Part shown: piece after piece, positions 24,913 through 36,472 of the stretch
Layout: every line of letters starts with the position of its first letter
Position numbering within the stretch: position 1 is the first letter of the stretch
Source of the DNA: Phaeosaccion multiseriatum
Taxonomy: Eukaryota; Protista; Ochrophyta, other classes
Direction: 5' to 3'
DNA: 64,000 bases
Assembly (NCBI GenBank): GCA_965112735.1
Contig: OZ218953.1
Location: 4,154,001-4,218,000, forward strand
Position numbers and translations under genes: made by a program
Notes under the pieces: model-generated
Databases searched by the model: none
Told to the model about the DNA's origin: nothing
Seen by the model: the letters and a program-made list of their open reading frames with translations, nothing else

Positions 24913-25441
24913 GATGTCGCCCAGACTTACCCTTCCTCCCTCCCTCTCCTATCAAAAGGAAAAGGGGAAGAAGAAAAACGGAGGTGGAAAAGGAATGGGA
25001 AGGCCCTCTTCATGTGTTGGTGCTCCAGGACAACTCACACTTGGCGAACAATGTTTCAGTTTCTCAATTTCTCCCTCCTTTTCTCCTCCTCGCCACATAC
25101 TAAAGACAGAAGAAAGGTTGCAAGGCTGTTGTAACCTTTCTTCTGTCTTCAGTATGTGAAGTATCTGTGATGGCCCCTGTTGGACTGCCGCATCATCCTC
25201 AAAGACAGCTGTCGCCGGGTTCTATCGTTGTTCGATCGCTCCGCCTCCCTGAGCCGACCGATCCTCCCTCTACTTGTGGTACAGCTGCTGTCCGTCTCGC
25301 CTCCCCTGTGCTGCTGTTGTGGCTGCTGCGGAGGGTCCAGCGCCTCGCACTCTGGCCCTCCTTCTACTGAGTGTCCATCCCAGTCGCCCGCCCTCAACTC
25401 TTTATACTCCTCCCGTCGTAAGTCGAGCCCCGAGTGATCAA

Positions 25442-27238
25442 TTATGTTACCACTTTCTTGTCCGAAAAGGTGGAGCAACACACGGCCAGCGCGGTTAGCG
25501 GGGGAACCGGATAGTGGAAATCAACGCTGAAGCGACTCTTGCTCATCTTGCCGTGTCGAATGTGCACCTTTCCCTCCCCAAACTCCGCCTCCATCGCGGT
25601 GTTTCCCTTCTCTGGTGCCAGCAGGAAATTCTTCTTGCTGGGTATCTTTACCCGTCCATTAAAGTTGAGCGTCCAGGCCTGCAGAGCCTCATTCCATGTC
25701 GGCTTCTTGGTGCCAAAGGCCACGAGATCGTCCTTCTGCTCCATCGCCAGCACTCCGTAGTTGCCCCCCTGCATCTCGTCTGCATTGTTCTCATCATCAC
25801 TGTCCTGATTCCTTCTGGCCACCATCCCTTGCGCCCGACTCGCCGCTTCCTCCTCACCCCTGCCGGTTTCCTTGTCGGAAAAGGCCCGCCGCAGCAAGCA
25901 CGAAATGGACCGCACGGGAGAAGACAGACGTAGGTCCTCCTCCTCCCCTCCCACCCTTCTCTTCATCTCCTCCACCCGCCGCTTGATTGACATGTGCTGT
26001 GGCCGGGGTCCAGCGTTAAAGCGCCCCTCCTCCTCGTCGTCCTGCCCGTCCCCGCTGCCCTGCTTGGGCCGCCGCAACACAACCCTCATAAAGTTGGGCT
26101 CCCTTCCCAACACATTCACCGAGTAAAAGACCATGCCCAATTCGTTTAGCCCCTGCTCCTCGCTGCGGTCCACATCCCCCGAGTTTCGCACGTCCACCCG
26201 GTGGTCCATTATCCGAAACTCCGTCCCCAGAAAGTTGGGCACCATGCACCCCAAGTACACGGCGCTGTCTGCTGAGGACGGTATCTCATGCATGTGTCTC
26301 AGGTGCGAGTCCTTCATGGTGTGGAAGATGAAGGGCCCCGTGAGGTCCGCGTCCACGCTCGCCGCCAGCAAGAACTCCCCTGTGTCGTCTCTGTGCAGCT
26401 CAAAGCTGGTCACATTCACCCCGCGGTGCCTCTCCAAAGAGCAATACACCATCTCGTCCTCCGGCAGTGGCGGGGTGTAGAATTTGAGCTTGGATTCGTG
26501 GATGAAGCGCCGGGCCTCGTCCACTCCGTTGTCAGACACTTGCATTGCCCCACTCACGGCGTCCAAAGGGATGAAAGAGCCCGTCCACGGCTGACCGAGC
26601 ATCCGCATCTCCCGCAGCCGCCGCTGCTTGCTCTCAAAGTTCAGTCCGAGCACGTCTTCCCCATTGATGGCACTGAGCACGTCGCCAATGGTCACCTTGC
26701 CAGACTTTTGGGCAGTGCCTTCCCCCACCCCCGGCACAGACTCAAAACCCTTCACAATCGCCTGGTTGCCGTAGTAGTCCGACTCTAGCTTGAGACCCGT
26801 AGGCCCTCCATCGAACACCACGTGGGTGCTATACTCATAGGCGCCCTGTCCTCCTCCATTGCCGCTACCCCCCTCCTCTCCGTCGTCGTGGTCGGAATAC
26901 CTGCCACCCTTCCCCCCATTCCTCTTTGGCGCGTCGTACAGATCCCAATACTTGCGGTGACCGCCCTGGGCCGGGGTAGTGGAGCCCTCTCCCTCCCCTC
27001 CTTGTGAGCCATCTTCGAACGCCACATTGGTGAACCCATTCCCGTCGTACTCTTGCTTACCCACAACGCCCGACTTCTTCGCACCTCCTCCCTCCTCTCG
27101 TCCAGAAGGAGGCGGTGGTGGTTGTGTTGCTGCACCTAGCCCGAATATATCATCTAACCCACCCTGTTGCTGCTGCTGCGTCTGCTGTGTTTGGGCCTGA
27201 TCCTCATCGTAGCTGCCCAGCAGGTCGACTTCGTTCAT
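25442..27238 (-). CDS. Tubby-like protein with an N-terminal PDZ domain
   Basis: Long single ORF. PDZ: GPTGLKL...AQKSGKVTIGDVLSAINGEDVLGLNF. Tubby C-domain: YLGCMVPNFLGTEF, ELGMVFYSVNVLG, KKPTWNEALQAWTLNFNGRVKIPSKKNF, FSVDFHYPVPPLTALAVCCSTF. Start uncertain (ATG 27238; an upstream exon via the AG at ~27271 is possible). Confidence 0.85.
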   Translation of the reverse strand: MNEVDLLGSYDEDQAQTQQTQQQQQGGLDDIFGLGAATQPPPPPSGREEGGGAKKSGVVGKQEYDGNGFTNVAFEDGSQGGEGEGSTTPAQGGHRKYWDLYDAPKRNGGKGGRYSDHDDGEEGGSGNGGGQGAYEYSTHVVFDGGPTGLKLESDYYGNQAIVKGFESVPGVGEGTAQKSGKVTIGDVLSAINGEDVLGLNFESKQRRLREMRMLGQPWTGSFIPLDAVSGAMQVSDNGVDEARRFIHESKLKFYTPPLPEDEMVYCSLERHRGVNVTSFELHRDDTGEFLLAASVDADLTGPFIFHTMKDSHLRHMHEIPSSADSAVYLGCMVPNFLGTEFRIMDHRVDVRNSGDVDRSEEQGLNELGMVFYSVNVLGREPNFMRVVLRRPKQGSGDGQDDEEEGRFNAGPRPQHMSIKRRVEEMKRRVGGEEEDLRLSSPVRSISCLLRRAFSDKETGRGEEEAASRAQGMVARRNQDSDDENNADEMQGGNYGVLAMEQKDDLVAFGTKKPTWNEALQAWTLNFNGRVKIPSKKNFLLAPEKGNTAMEAEFGEGKVHIRHGKMSKSRFSVDFHYPVPPLTALAVCCSTFSDKKVVT

Positions 27239-27567
27239 AGCTTCTGGCTGGCTTCCCTCCTCCCCCACACCTGATCCCCAACCTCTTTAGGAGGAGAAGC
27301 ACCACAGCGCGAAGCCTCGACGCCTTTCCTATAGGGATTTCTGCGAGAGTTGAGGGGGAGTGTGGAGAGGGAAAGGAGAATCGAGCGAACAAACCCCGGG
27401 GGGAAGATGCCAAAGCCAATGTCTCAAGAGGGAGGGAGACGAGGGAAAAAAAATCAACCCCCAAGTACACCAAGAGAGGAGGCTAGCCATTGGGTGCCGA
27501 GCAGAGAGGTCCGTAGCGACGCCGTCTAGGCCGAGAGATATCCAAGATCTCAGGTGCTGGAGAGAGC

Positions 27568-30500
27568 ATGGGGGTCGAGGAGGGGCAGCCGACGGAGAAG
27601 GCGGTAGGGGAGATGGATCCACGGGTTGGCGAGAGCATGGGGCAGGAAGGGAGCGGGGCGGTGGTGGAGAAGGAAGAGAAGGCTGCTGAGGAGGGCAAGA
27701 CGGAGGGTGGAGAGACCGTAGGTGCCGGTGAAGCAGAGCAGAATGGGAAGGCCGAGGAGGGGAAGGAGAATCGGCAGGCGGATGAGGGGAAAGACGGTGT
27801 AGCCGGCGAGGCGGAGGAAAGTGAACCACCAAAGGGGGACCCGGGAGCAGCAGCAGTAGCAGGAGCTGCAGAGGGTGATGCGGAGGATGGGGAGGAAAAG
27901 AACAGCAGCGGCTCGAGTGAGGATGAGGAGGGCGATGATGACGACTCCGACGCGTGGTCCAGCGACGACGATGTGCACATGCTCGCCGACGTCATCAAGG
28001 ACATGTTTGGGGAGGTGGTGTGGGGGAAGATGGCGGGCTTCCCAAGGTGGCCTGGGATTATATACGATCCCCGCTTTGCCCCCAAGGGCGCACAAGACGC
28101 GGCGTATCAAAGCCTTGGCAAGAGCCATTTGCTCTACTTCTACAACTACAAACAGCCCTTCGGATGCGTGCCGTACAAGTAAGTAATACCCCCTCCGCCC
28201 CGGTAGGAGCCCGGTAGGAGAAACAGGGACCTTGGTGGTGGAAGGAGCTCTTTAACCCTCTTGTCTCAACACCCTGGCCGTGCAACACCCGCCCCGCCGC
28301 TCTCCCTAACCCTCGCTCCCCGCACAGAAACATTACTCCTTTCAGCATGGACGAGGCGCCCGCGCCCAGGAAGCCCGGCTCGGCCAAGTTCAAGAAGCTG
28401 GCGAAGGACCTGGCAGCGGCCACAGAGGAGGCGGAGAAGGCCTCCGCACAAACGCAGGAGGAGAGGATCAAGTGGATACGGAGGGAGGGTAGGCAGAAGC
28501 CCAAGAGAACGTCCCGCAAGAAGAGGATGCGGCAGATCAACAGGTAGGGAGTTGAGTGCTGTGTGTGTGGGGGGGGGGGGAAGGCAGTGAGAGTCACTTT
28601 CAAGAGAGAGGAGAAAAGGAGGGGCGTTGCTACTCTGATTCAAGGAGTGAGGATTGAGTGGTGGTGGTGGGAGGTGGGTACCACGTTACAACCATGCTTA
28701 CAATTCGTACCCTTTTGTCTCTCTTTTGCCATACATACGCTCTCCCTCTTTCCGAAATTTGCAACTCTTGCTGGCCGCGATTCTCGTGTGTGGTGGAGCA
28801 GAGCTCAAGAGGGCGAATCATCGGGAGAAGAGGAAGAGGGGAAGAAGACAGGAGGAGCCGGTGGAAAAGCCAAGAAGGGCGGGAAGAATGCAACGCCGAA
28901 GGCGAAGGGCAAGGCGGTGACGAAGAAGAAGAAGAGCAAGTCGAGTGTAAAGAGAAAAGCAGCGCCAGCAGGGGAGAAGGGAGACAACGGCAGCAGTGAC
29001 AGTGATTCGGCGTCCTCTGAGGAAGAGGAGGAGGAGGAGAAGGCGAAGCCCAAGAAGGTAGGAAGGCCCAAGAAGAAGAAGGCAGCTGCTCCTGCGAAGA
29101 AGGCCCCCAAGCCCAGGGTGCGGGATGCCGAGCTGGACGCCGACCCGCCGTCGGAGAGCACAGATGGGGAGTACGACCTCGCAGAGCCAGAGGAGCCTGC
29201 AGAGGTGGAGGAGGTGCGTCTGCGTATCGCCTGTCTGTCGTCTGCGTATCGCCTGTCTGTCGTCTGCGTATCGCCTGTCTGTCGTCTGCGTATCGCCTGT
29301 CTGTCGTCTGCGTATCGCCTGTCTGTCGTCTGCGTATCGCCTGTCTGTCGTCTGCGTATCGCCTGTCTGTCGTCTGCGTATCGCCTGTCTGTCGTCTGCG
29401 TATCGCCTGTCTGTCGTCTGCGTATCGCCTGTCTGTCGTCTGCGTATCGCCTGTCTGTCGTCTGCGTATCGCCTGTCTGTCGTCTGCGTATCGCCTGTCT
29501 GTCGTCTGCGTATCGCCTGTCTGTCGTCTGCGTATCGCCTGTCTGTCGTCTGCGTATCGCCTGTCTGTCGTCTGCGTATCGCCTGTCTGTCGTCTGCGTA
29601 TCGCCTGTCTGTCGTCTGCGTATCGCCTGTCTGTCGTCTGCGTATCGCCTGTCTGTCGTCTGCGTATCGCCTGTCTGTCGCCTGCGTATCGCCTGTCTGT
29701 CGTCTGCGTATCGCCTGTCTGTCGTCTGCGTCTCGCCTGTGGCTGTGGTGTAGCATTGTCGCATGCTCTTACGCAGGGGGGGTGGGCCAATCTGCCCAAG
29801 CATGCTTTGGGGTGTTGGAGGACATACATTGGTTGGACGGCCTTTCCTGTTCTGACTTGTGGTCGTTGTCGGCGACGGCATGCCCTGAAACCTCTCTCAC
29901 GCTTTAGAGTATCGCGGCTGCTTCCTCCGCTCCTGTCTCTCTCTGCCGTCTCCACCATGCTTTCTCTACTGTCCTGTCCAATGTTTTGCTGTCCCCCAAT
30001 AGGAGAGCGAAGCAGCAGAGTCATCCTCTGACGGCGACGATAACTTCAGCGGAGATGAGGAGGCTTCATCAAAGCCAGGGAAGGGGGCGAAGAAGGGGAG
30101 GAGGGGGGGTGCAGCTGTTGGCAGGAAAGCAGCAAAGGGGAGGAGCAAGGGGGGAAAGAAAGGAAAGGTACGTCCTCCCAACCTCACGCGTAGCCTTACG
30201 GTCGCCTCTCGCTCACCAGCCCTGCTCGACCTAAACACCTGCCGTTCTTGCGTACGCGTGTCAGACTTCCATTTTTGGCCGCTTACTTACCCGCTTGCAA
30301 ACGTCCCTGCCTCCCCCTCTCCTTTTTTGGGTCTGGGTCGTTTGCCCTGGTCTATTTGCCTTCCTCCTCCTCCTCCTCTCAGTCCGTCGTGACAGGGGAG
30401 GGGCCGTGGAAGAAAGAGCGAGCGCTTCTGTGCGTGCGAAACTTCTGCAAAGAGGAGCTCCAGCTGCAGAACTTTCAAAGCAGCGAGGGGTACCGAAAAG

Positions 30501-32588
30501 AGGGGGGAGGGGGGGCGGGCAAGGCGGGGGCAGACAGGCCAGTAGCCAAGAAGAAGCGGAGAGCAGATGCTTCTTCGAAGGACGGCAAGATCGGTGACCC
30601 TCCCAAGAAGACAGCCAAGGCATCCAAGTGAGTGGAGTGCTGTTTGGAGTGGTGCTTTCTTTCAATGCGTTGGGCGCTGTTTGCTGCCTCTGTTCGACGC
30701 TTTCTGTATTGCGTTTGTGCGAGGCACCTTGTCGTGCTGTAGTGCACATTACACATTCCCTGGCCTTTTCTTCCCTCCCCCCGCCTCCGCCATCCGTAAG
30801 CTCTCGATGTCGTGTCTTGTACCCAATGCTTGTACCCAATGCTTGTACCCAATGCTTGTACCCAATGCTTGTACCCAATGCTTGTACCCAATGCTTGTAC
30901 CCAATGCTTGTACCCAATGCTTGTACCCAATACTTGTACCCAATGCTTGTACCCAATGCTTGTACCCAATGCTTGTACCCAATGCTTGTACCCAATGCTT
31001 GTACCCAATGCTTGTACCCAATACTTGTACCCAATACTTGTACCCAATGCTTGTACCCAATGCTTGTACCCAATGCTTGTACCCAATGCTTGTACCCAAT
31101 GCCCTATTGTACACTGATGTTGAGTGCCTTCGTCGTGTGGTCATGTGTGCTCCTTCCCTACAGGGCCGAGGAGGCGGAGAGAGAAAAGACGAGAGTGCAG
31201 GAAATGAAGCAGTCCTCCACGCCTGTGTGGATGCAAGTGAGGAAGCAGAAGGAAGAAGGGGGCGCCGCCGGCGGCGGCGGCGGGCGTGGTAGCGGGGCAG
31301 CGAAGAAGGACGGGAAAAGGAAGGAAGGGAAGCCAGAGAAGGCCACGAAGGGAGAAGAGGCCAAGAAGGTGGTGGCAAAGAAGAAGGACAGGTAAGGTAA
31401 AAGGTGTGGAAGGAGGAGGCGGAGGCTGGGGCTGGGACTCCACGTAGGGTCCTCTCCCCCCCCCCCCTCCCCCGGCTTTGTGGATCTCGAGAACAAGACC
31501 TTGATGACCATCCCCCGCCCCTTCCCACACGCTTTCCTTTGTGTTCGTTTTGTATGCGTGTGTGTGTGTGGGACAGCAGCGGGGTAGTCGCTCCTGAGGA
31601 AACTACGGCAGAACGCGCCAAACGTCTGACGACGATTCTGAGCGCCGCTTTAAAGGTGGACAATAGCAAGAAGGTGATCAAGACTCTACGGAAATTCGAA
31701 GCGATGGAAATGACGTTTGACATTCTACTTGAGTGTGGGGTAGGCAAGGTCGTGACAGGACTGAAGAAGCACAAGGATGTTGAGGTGCAGCAACTGGCCA
31801 AGGCGCTTCGCAAAGTATGGAGGACAACGCTGCCAGATGGAGGCGCCGCTGCCACTCCGGCAGCAGCCGCCGCGGATGCGGGGAAGGAGGAGGACCTGAA
31901 ACCGAAGAAGGACAAGAAGGTCAAGGAGGGGGAGAAGGAGTCGAAGAAGAGGAAGGGCGCTGGCGACGACGCTACAGCCAACGTGGAGGGGGGTGATGGA
32001 CAGAAGGCGAAGAAGTTGAGAAAAGCGGAGAAGAGCGAAGCTGGTCCGATTGAGACGTTGTCTGGAGCGGCGTCTCCCACACCGCCAGTCGCTACATTTG
32101 ATGCAACCCCCGCTCATATGCCTGCAGCAGCAGCAGTAGTATCGCCCCCCGAAGAGATGAAATCACCAGAGCCATCAGGAGGAGAAGCACAAGTGGTGAT
32201 TGCAGCAGTAGAAGTGGAGTCCGACCCGCCCAAGCTTGCAGACCTGGACACTGTCGTTGACTTCAGCGACTTGCCCTCGGACATGTTCGCTGCGGCAGCG
32301 GTGGCGGAGGCCACACCATCCCCTGTAGTGATGGCTCCAGCCCCGCAAGCAGCGCCAGCGCCAGCCCCGGTCCAGGAAGTGTTATCCCCTGCCCCTGTTG
32401 AAGCTGTAGTCCAGGCCCCTGCCAAGGCCCCTGCCAAGGCCCCTGAGGGCGTCATGGACATGGACACGGAGGACACGGACGTTGCGGCAGCGGCGGCTGC
32501 TCCTGCTGCTGCTGCTCCTGCTGCTGCTGCTACTGCTACTGCTACTACCGATGGTACCACAGAGGCCAATGGACAAAGTGAGCACTGA
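27568..32588 (+). CDS. Chromatin/elongation factor with an N-terminal PWWP domain and a C-terminal TFIIS-N (IBD/Med26-like) domain (~962 aa)
   Basis: Exons 27568-28178, 28328-28543, 28802-29213, 30003-30167, 30383-30627, 31164-31391, 31577-32588 (2889 nt). PWWP: GEVVWGKMAGFPRWPGIIYDP...HLLYFY. TFIIS-N: LRKFEAMEMTFDILLECGVGKVVTGLKKH...AKALRKVWR. Lys-rich and acidic linker. Confidence 0.85.
29215..29740. repeat. 22-nt minisatellite, ~24 near-perfect copies, starting at the donor of PWWP intron 3
   Basis: Unit TGCGTATCGCCTGTCTGTCGTC; begins directly after GAG|GT at 29213/29214. Confidence 0.97.
30816..31102. repeat. 13-nt minisatellite, ~22 copies, in PWWP intron 5
   Basis: Unit CTTGTACCCAATG with occasional CTTGTACCCAATA variants. 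Confidence 0.97.
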
Positions 32589-33341
32589 GTGGCTGTCATG
32601 CGAGAGCACGAGCGCCTGAAGGATGCTCCAGGAGAGTTGAGTTAGATTTAAGTTAGCGGGACCGCGAAGGAAGCTCAGTGGCTTGCTGGACCGCTATCTG
32701 CCATGCCGCCACCAGGGGCGGCAGCTGTCGGATGCGCCCCACCTGGGAACGATTGAATGTATAGCTTCGACGCTCGAACTTTGTACAGCTTCTGCTGCTG
32801 GCTAAAGACTTCGCCAAACGCGAAACTGCGAATTTCGGGTTATATTTTGAATAGTTTCCCTTCCATCCCATCTACGTGCTCTCTGGCCCCTCGACATGTC
32901 ACTAAATGAGCGCCGTCTGGTGCGTGCGTGCGGTGCGGTGTGGCTCCCTCGGAGCCACACATGCCAACCCCCCAGAGTAGCACAACGTTGCACTTTGCAC
33001 ATGGCTGTGATGGCTGTGATCCCCGAGAGACTGACTCGCAGGAGGAAGCTCTGCGTACTTTGCAGGCCCCAGGCCCTGCCCCCTCCTGCCCTCCCTGCCT
33101 GTGCACATGCCTGTGCAGCTATTTTGGGGAGCATCTTAAGGCAGACAGACGGCCGTGCCGCATGAGCGGAAATGACACCCCCCCCCCCCTTCTGCTGCTC
33201 TGTGTTCCATAAAGAGTATGACACAGGCAGGCAAGTCTTTGCGGTGGTGAAGGCAAGCCGTAGTGATACTTGCTACCCCCATTTTGCTGCTGCTTCTGCC
33301 GCCTCTGCTGCTACAGGCCTCACTCTCGGAGAGCAGGCACC

Positions 33342-33459
33342 GCCGCTGATGGAAATGCGTGATCCTCGATCGCTGTCGATCTGCTGCTATTTCCCTTTCC
33401 GCCGCTGATGGAAATGCGTGATCCTCGCTCGCTGTCGATCTGCTGCTATTTCCCTTTCC
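33342..33459. repeat. 59-nt tandem duplication in the convergent intergenic region
   Basis: GCCGCTGATGGAAATGCGTGATCCTCG(A/C)TCGCTGTCGATCTGCTGCTATTTCCCTTTCC twice, one mismatch. Confidence 0.9.
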
Positions 33460-33847
33460 GTAGGAAGTCGTGGCAGGCTGGCAGAGAAGGGGGAAGGGGA
33501 GAAGGATTCCTCTTGAAACTTGAAACGCGTCCCCTGCCCATGATGGAAAACCCCCACAACTCAGTCACTCCCACGCCGGCGCCGCTGTGTGTGTGCTGAC
33601 CGCGTGCCCTTGACGCCGCCTTCCTTGAGCAGGAGATACTTGTACCTTCAGTCTTCCGTCGTAGGCGAGTGACTACCATTGAGTACCGTATGAAAAGTAA
33701 CAATTGTCTGATGCTGTATCATCGCGTCCGTGATCAAAGCCTCCACACACGGCCCGACCGACCGACCGACCGACGCTGCCCACCCAATCAAATCGCTCCC
33801 TCACTGCCTCGCTGCCTCGCTGCCTCGCTGCAGGTCATGTTGACAAT

Positions 33848-34899
33848 TCACAGCCCTCCAAAGATGTCTTCCCTGTTCTCCCATGCCTTTCTAGCCTTGA
33901 GCTCGATGGAGGTCTTTAGCCTCTGCGAGTCCGTCTGTTGAGGCCTCAGGTCTGCAAACGCGTCGATTGCCGTCATCGTCTCCTGCAGGGCGGCTTCGCT
34001 GTCCAACTGGCACAGCAGAGCGCGTCGCTCGGATCTGCGGAACGGTCAGGACAGTGCCACGGTAGTAGAGGGCAAGAGTCGAGTCGGGGCGTTGAGTGGT
34101 GGTGCGACAAGGGGGCTCGGCAGGCAAAGCAAGCGTAGAGGGAGCTGAACAAGACAAGAGGGTGACGGAGCGTTATTCCCAGGCTCGTATGTCTGTGATA
34201 AGGCGCAGATGGCAGTAGAAGGCAAATGGGTAGAGGGATTGGGCTCGAAGCACACAACTCCTGCAGTCAGAAGAAACCTACCGTCCGCTCCTTTTTCCTT
34301 CCCTCCTACTCACTTAAGCGCAAAGAGCCTCGTCTTGGCCCTGTTAGGATGAGTGCCCCACACTTCGACCCGCTGCAGCACCAAGGGTGTGTGCTCCTGC
34401 TTGCCATGCTTGCCCACCTCGGGAAGCACGGCCCACGGCTTGTCGGGGTCGTCTTCAGGGTCACTGAACAGATACACCTGATGGGAGACAGGGATGGAGG
34501 GACGGGGGTATGGACAACACAAACACACAACTATGATTGGCATGGCATGGGTATACACATAGGACCAGCGCTAGAGGTAGACAAAACGGACCAAGACGCC
34601 AGCGGAGCATGTGTAGACAAGGGCGCTGCGTGGAAGGGTGGACGGAGACCGCTCTGCTCATTGCATTCATTCACGTACCTGAATGATAGGGCCGCCTCTG
34701 ACCACGAGTGTCCACACGCTCTTCCAGCCCAGGCCCAGACCTGCTTCGAATATGTTGACGCAGGGCTTGAGCTTTCCGAACCACTCCCGGACCCGCATGT
34801 ATCCCTTGGGGCACGGACAACGAGGCAGGCAAGTGGGATGGTGAGCCTTAAGGTCGAGGAACAACAACAACAGTAATAACAACAACAACGACAACAACG

Positions 34900-34948
<49 letters not shown>

Positions 34949-36101
34949 CTAGCGCAAAGTCTCGCCCCGCGATGCATGAAGCGGCCGCGGTGAGCGAGAG
35001 CAACGCACTTGATGAACTATGACGTCGGTGCCATATTTTCTGGCGAAGGCGCAGATCCCGCGAGTGCCCTCCGTCAGCTCCAAAAAGCTTGCGAAGCAGT
35101 GGTTGCGTGTCATACCGCTGCGTATGTACGTACGAAAGGGGGCGAGAGGGGCGTTGTCAGGAGCGGAAGGGGCGCGGGGGCAACAGGGGCAGCAAGCCGT
35201 CCTTACTCAACAGGGGCAGCAAGCCGTCCTTACTCTATATAGAGGAGCCTCTGCTCTGGCGACATGCTCCTTCTCATCCCCAGCCCCCTCCCCCCCACCA
35301 AACACAAAAACAACACTCACGGGAGGCGAAGGAGCTTTCCCAGGTAGTCACCAAGCGAGCTAAGACAGCGGTACAACGGAGGACCAGAGGGAGTGAGGCG
35401 AGGGCAAGACGCGGAAGGAGATGAGGGTCAGGCGGAAGGAAGGCCCAGACGAAGTGGAAACACAGGCTAAGAGTGCAGAGAGTAAGGCGGACCGCGGGCA
35501 ATCATATCCAGTTGATGGAGGGAAGAAGAGCTCATTGGAGGTAGAGTCGTTGCCCTCACCTCTGCCGCTTCCTCATGACCTCGGCATTCCTTCCTCCATG
35601 GAGCTGAAGAGGCTGTTGCGACAGACACAGGCAGCGCATTGGGGTTGTGGAATTTCGACGATGTGAGGACACTAGTAGGCAGCGTATCCTCCAGCGTGGG
35701 GGGCTGCCCACCTTTCCAAATCCTTTCGTCCTCTCTCCAACACTAACCTCTCTCGGCGGAAGCTCTGGCTCTCCCCCGTGGAAGGTGCGCTCCTCCTTCA
35801 TTATCAGCAGGTCTTTCAGGTCCTCTCTTAGCTGATAGAATTGCCGAAATCTCCGTCTGACCACCCATGTCTCTCCTGTGGACAAGTCGCAGAGGTCCAT
35901 AGCGTAGACGCAGTGGGCGTCCAGCCCTTCTCCCACAATCTCAGTGTCCTTCAGGCTCAGCTGGTACCTTCCGTCATGGCTGGTGTAGTACTTGGGCAGG
36001 CAGATCGTTTCTCGATTGTCACCAAGCTGCTCCTCTCTACTCTTCCACGTTGTCTCCTCTCCCTCTCGCTGTGTCTCATCGTCTCTCTCCGCTGTCATCA
36101 T
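33848..36101 (-). CDS. PX + PH domain protein (~343 aa)
   Basis: Exons 36101-35748, 35612-35560, 35359-35321, 35117-35009, 34804-34679, 34477-34314, 34034-33848 (1032 nt, phases close). PX: HCVY...WVVRRRFRQFYQLREDL...PELPPR...RKRQSSLGDYLGKLL...FASFLEL. PH-like: IVHQGYMRV...GWKSVWTLV...YLFSD...LFALK...LDSEAALQETMTAI. The start may lie further upstream. Confidence 0.75.
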
Positions 36102-36472
36102 GTTCACTCCCCTCTGCCTGAAACCCTGCCCTCAACTGAGGAGCGGGGCTCTAACCTCCTTCCGCTCCTCTCCAGCCTATCCCCACAACCCAATCCTCTC
36201 CTCTCTGCTCTCTTTTGCCCCCCTTCTTTTTCCCGTCTCTCACTTCTTCAAGTGATCCAATTGGTGGGCCCTCTTCTCCCCTGGCCAGGGGACTACTCCT
36301 GAACACGTCGCTCTAACCCGAACTAGCCATGGACACACAGTGATCCCCGCCTGAGTCTTTTTTCCTTCCCCTGGCCCTCTTTGAGCCAAAGAGGGTGCGT
36401 CGATCCCAAAAATCTCAGTAAGTCAGGGAGAGGGCCGTCGGGCATCTTCTCCTTTTCTCCTTTTCTTTCACA

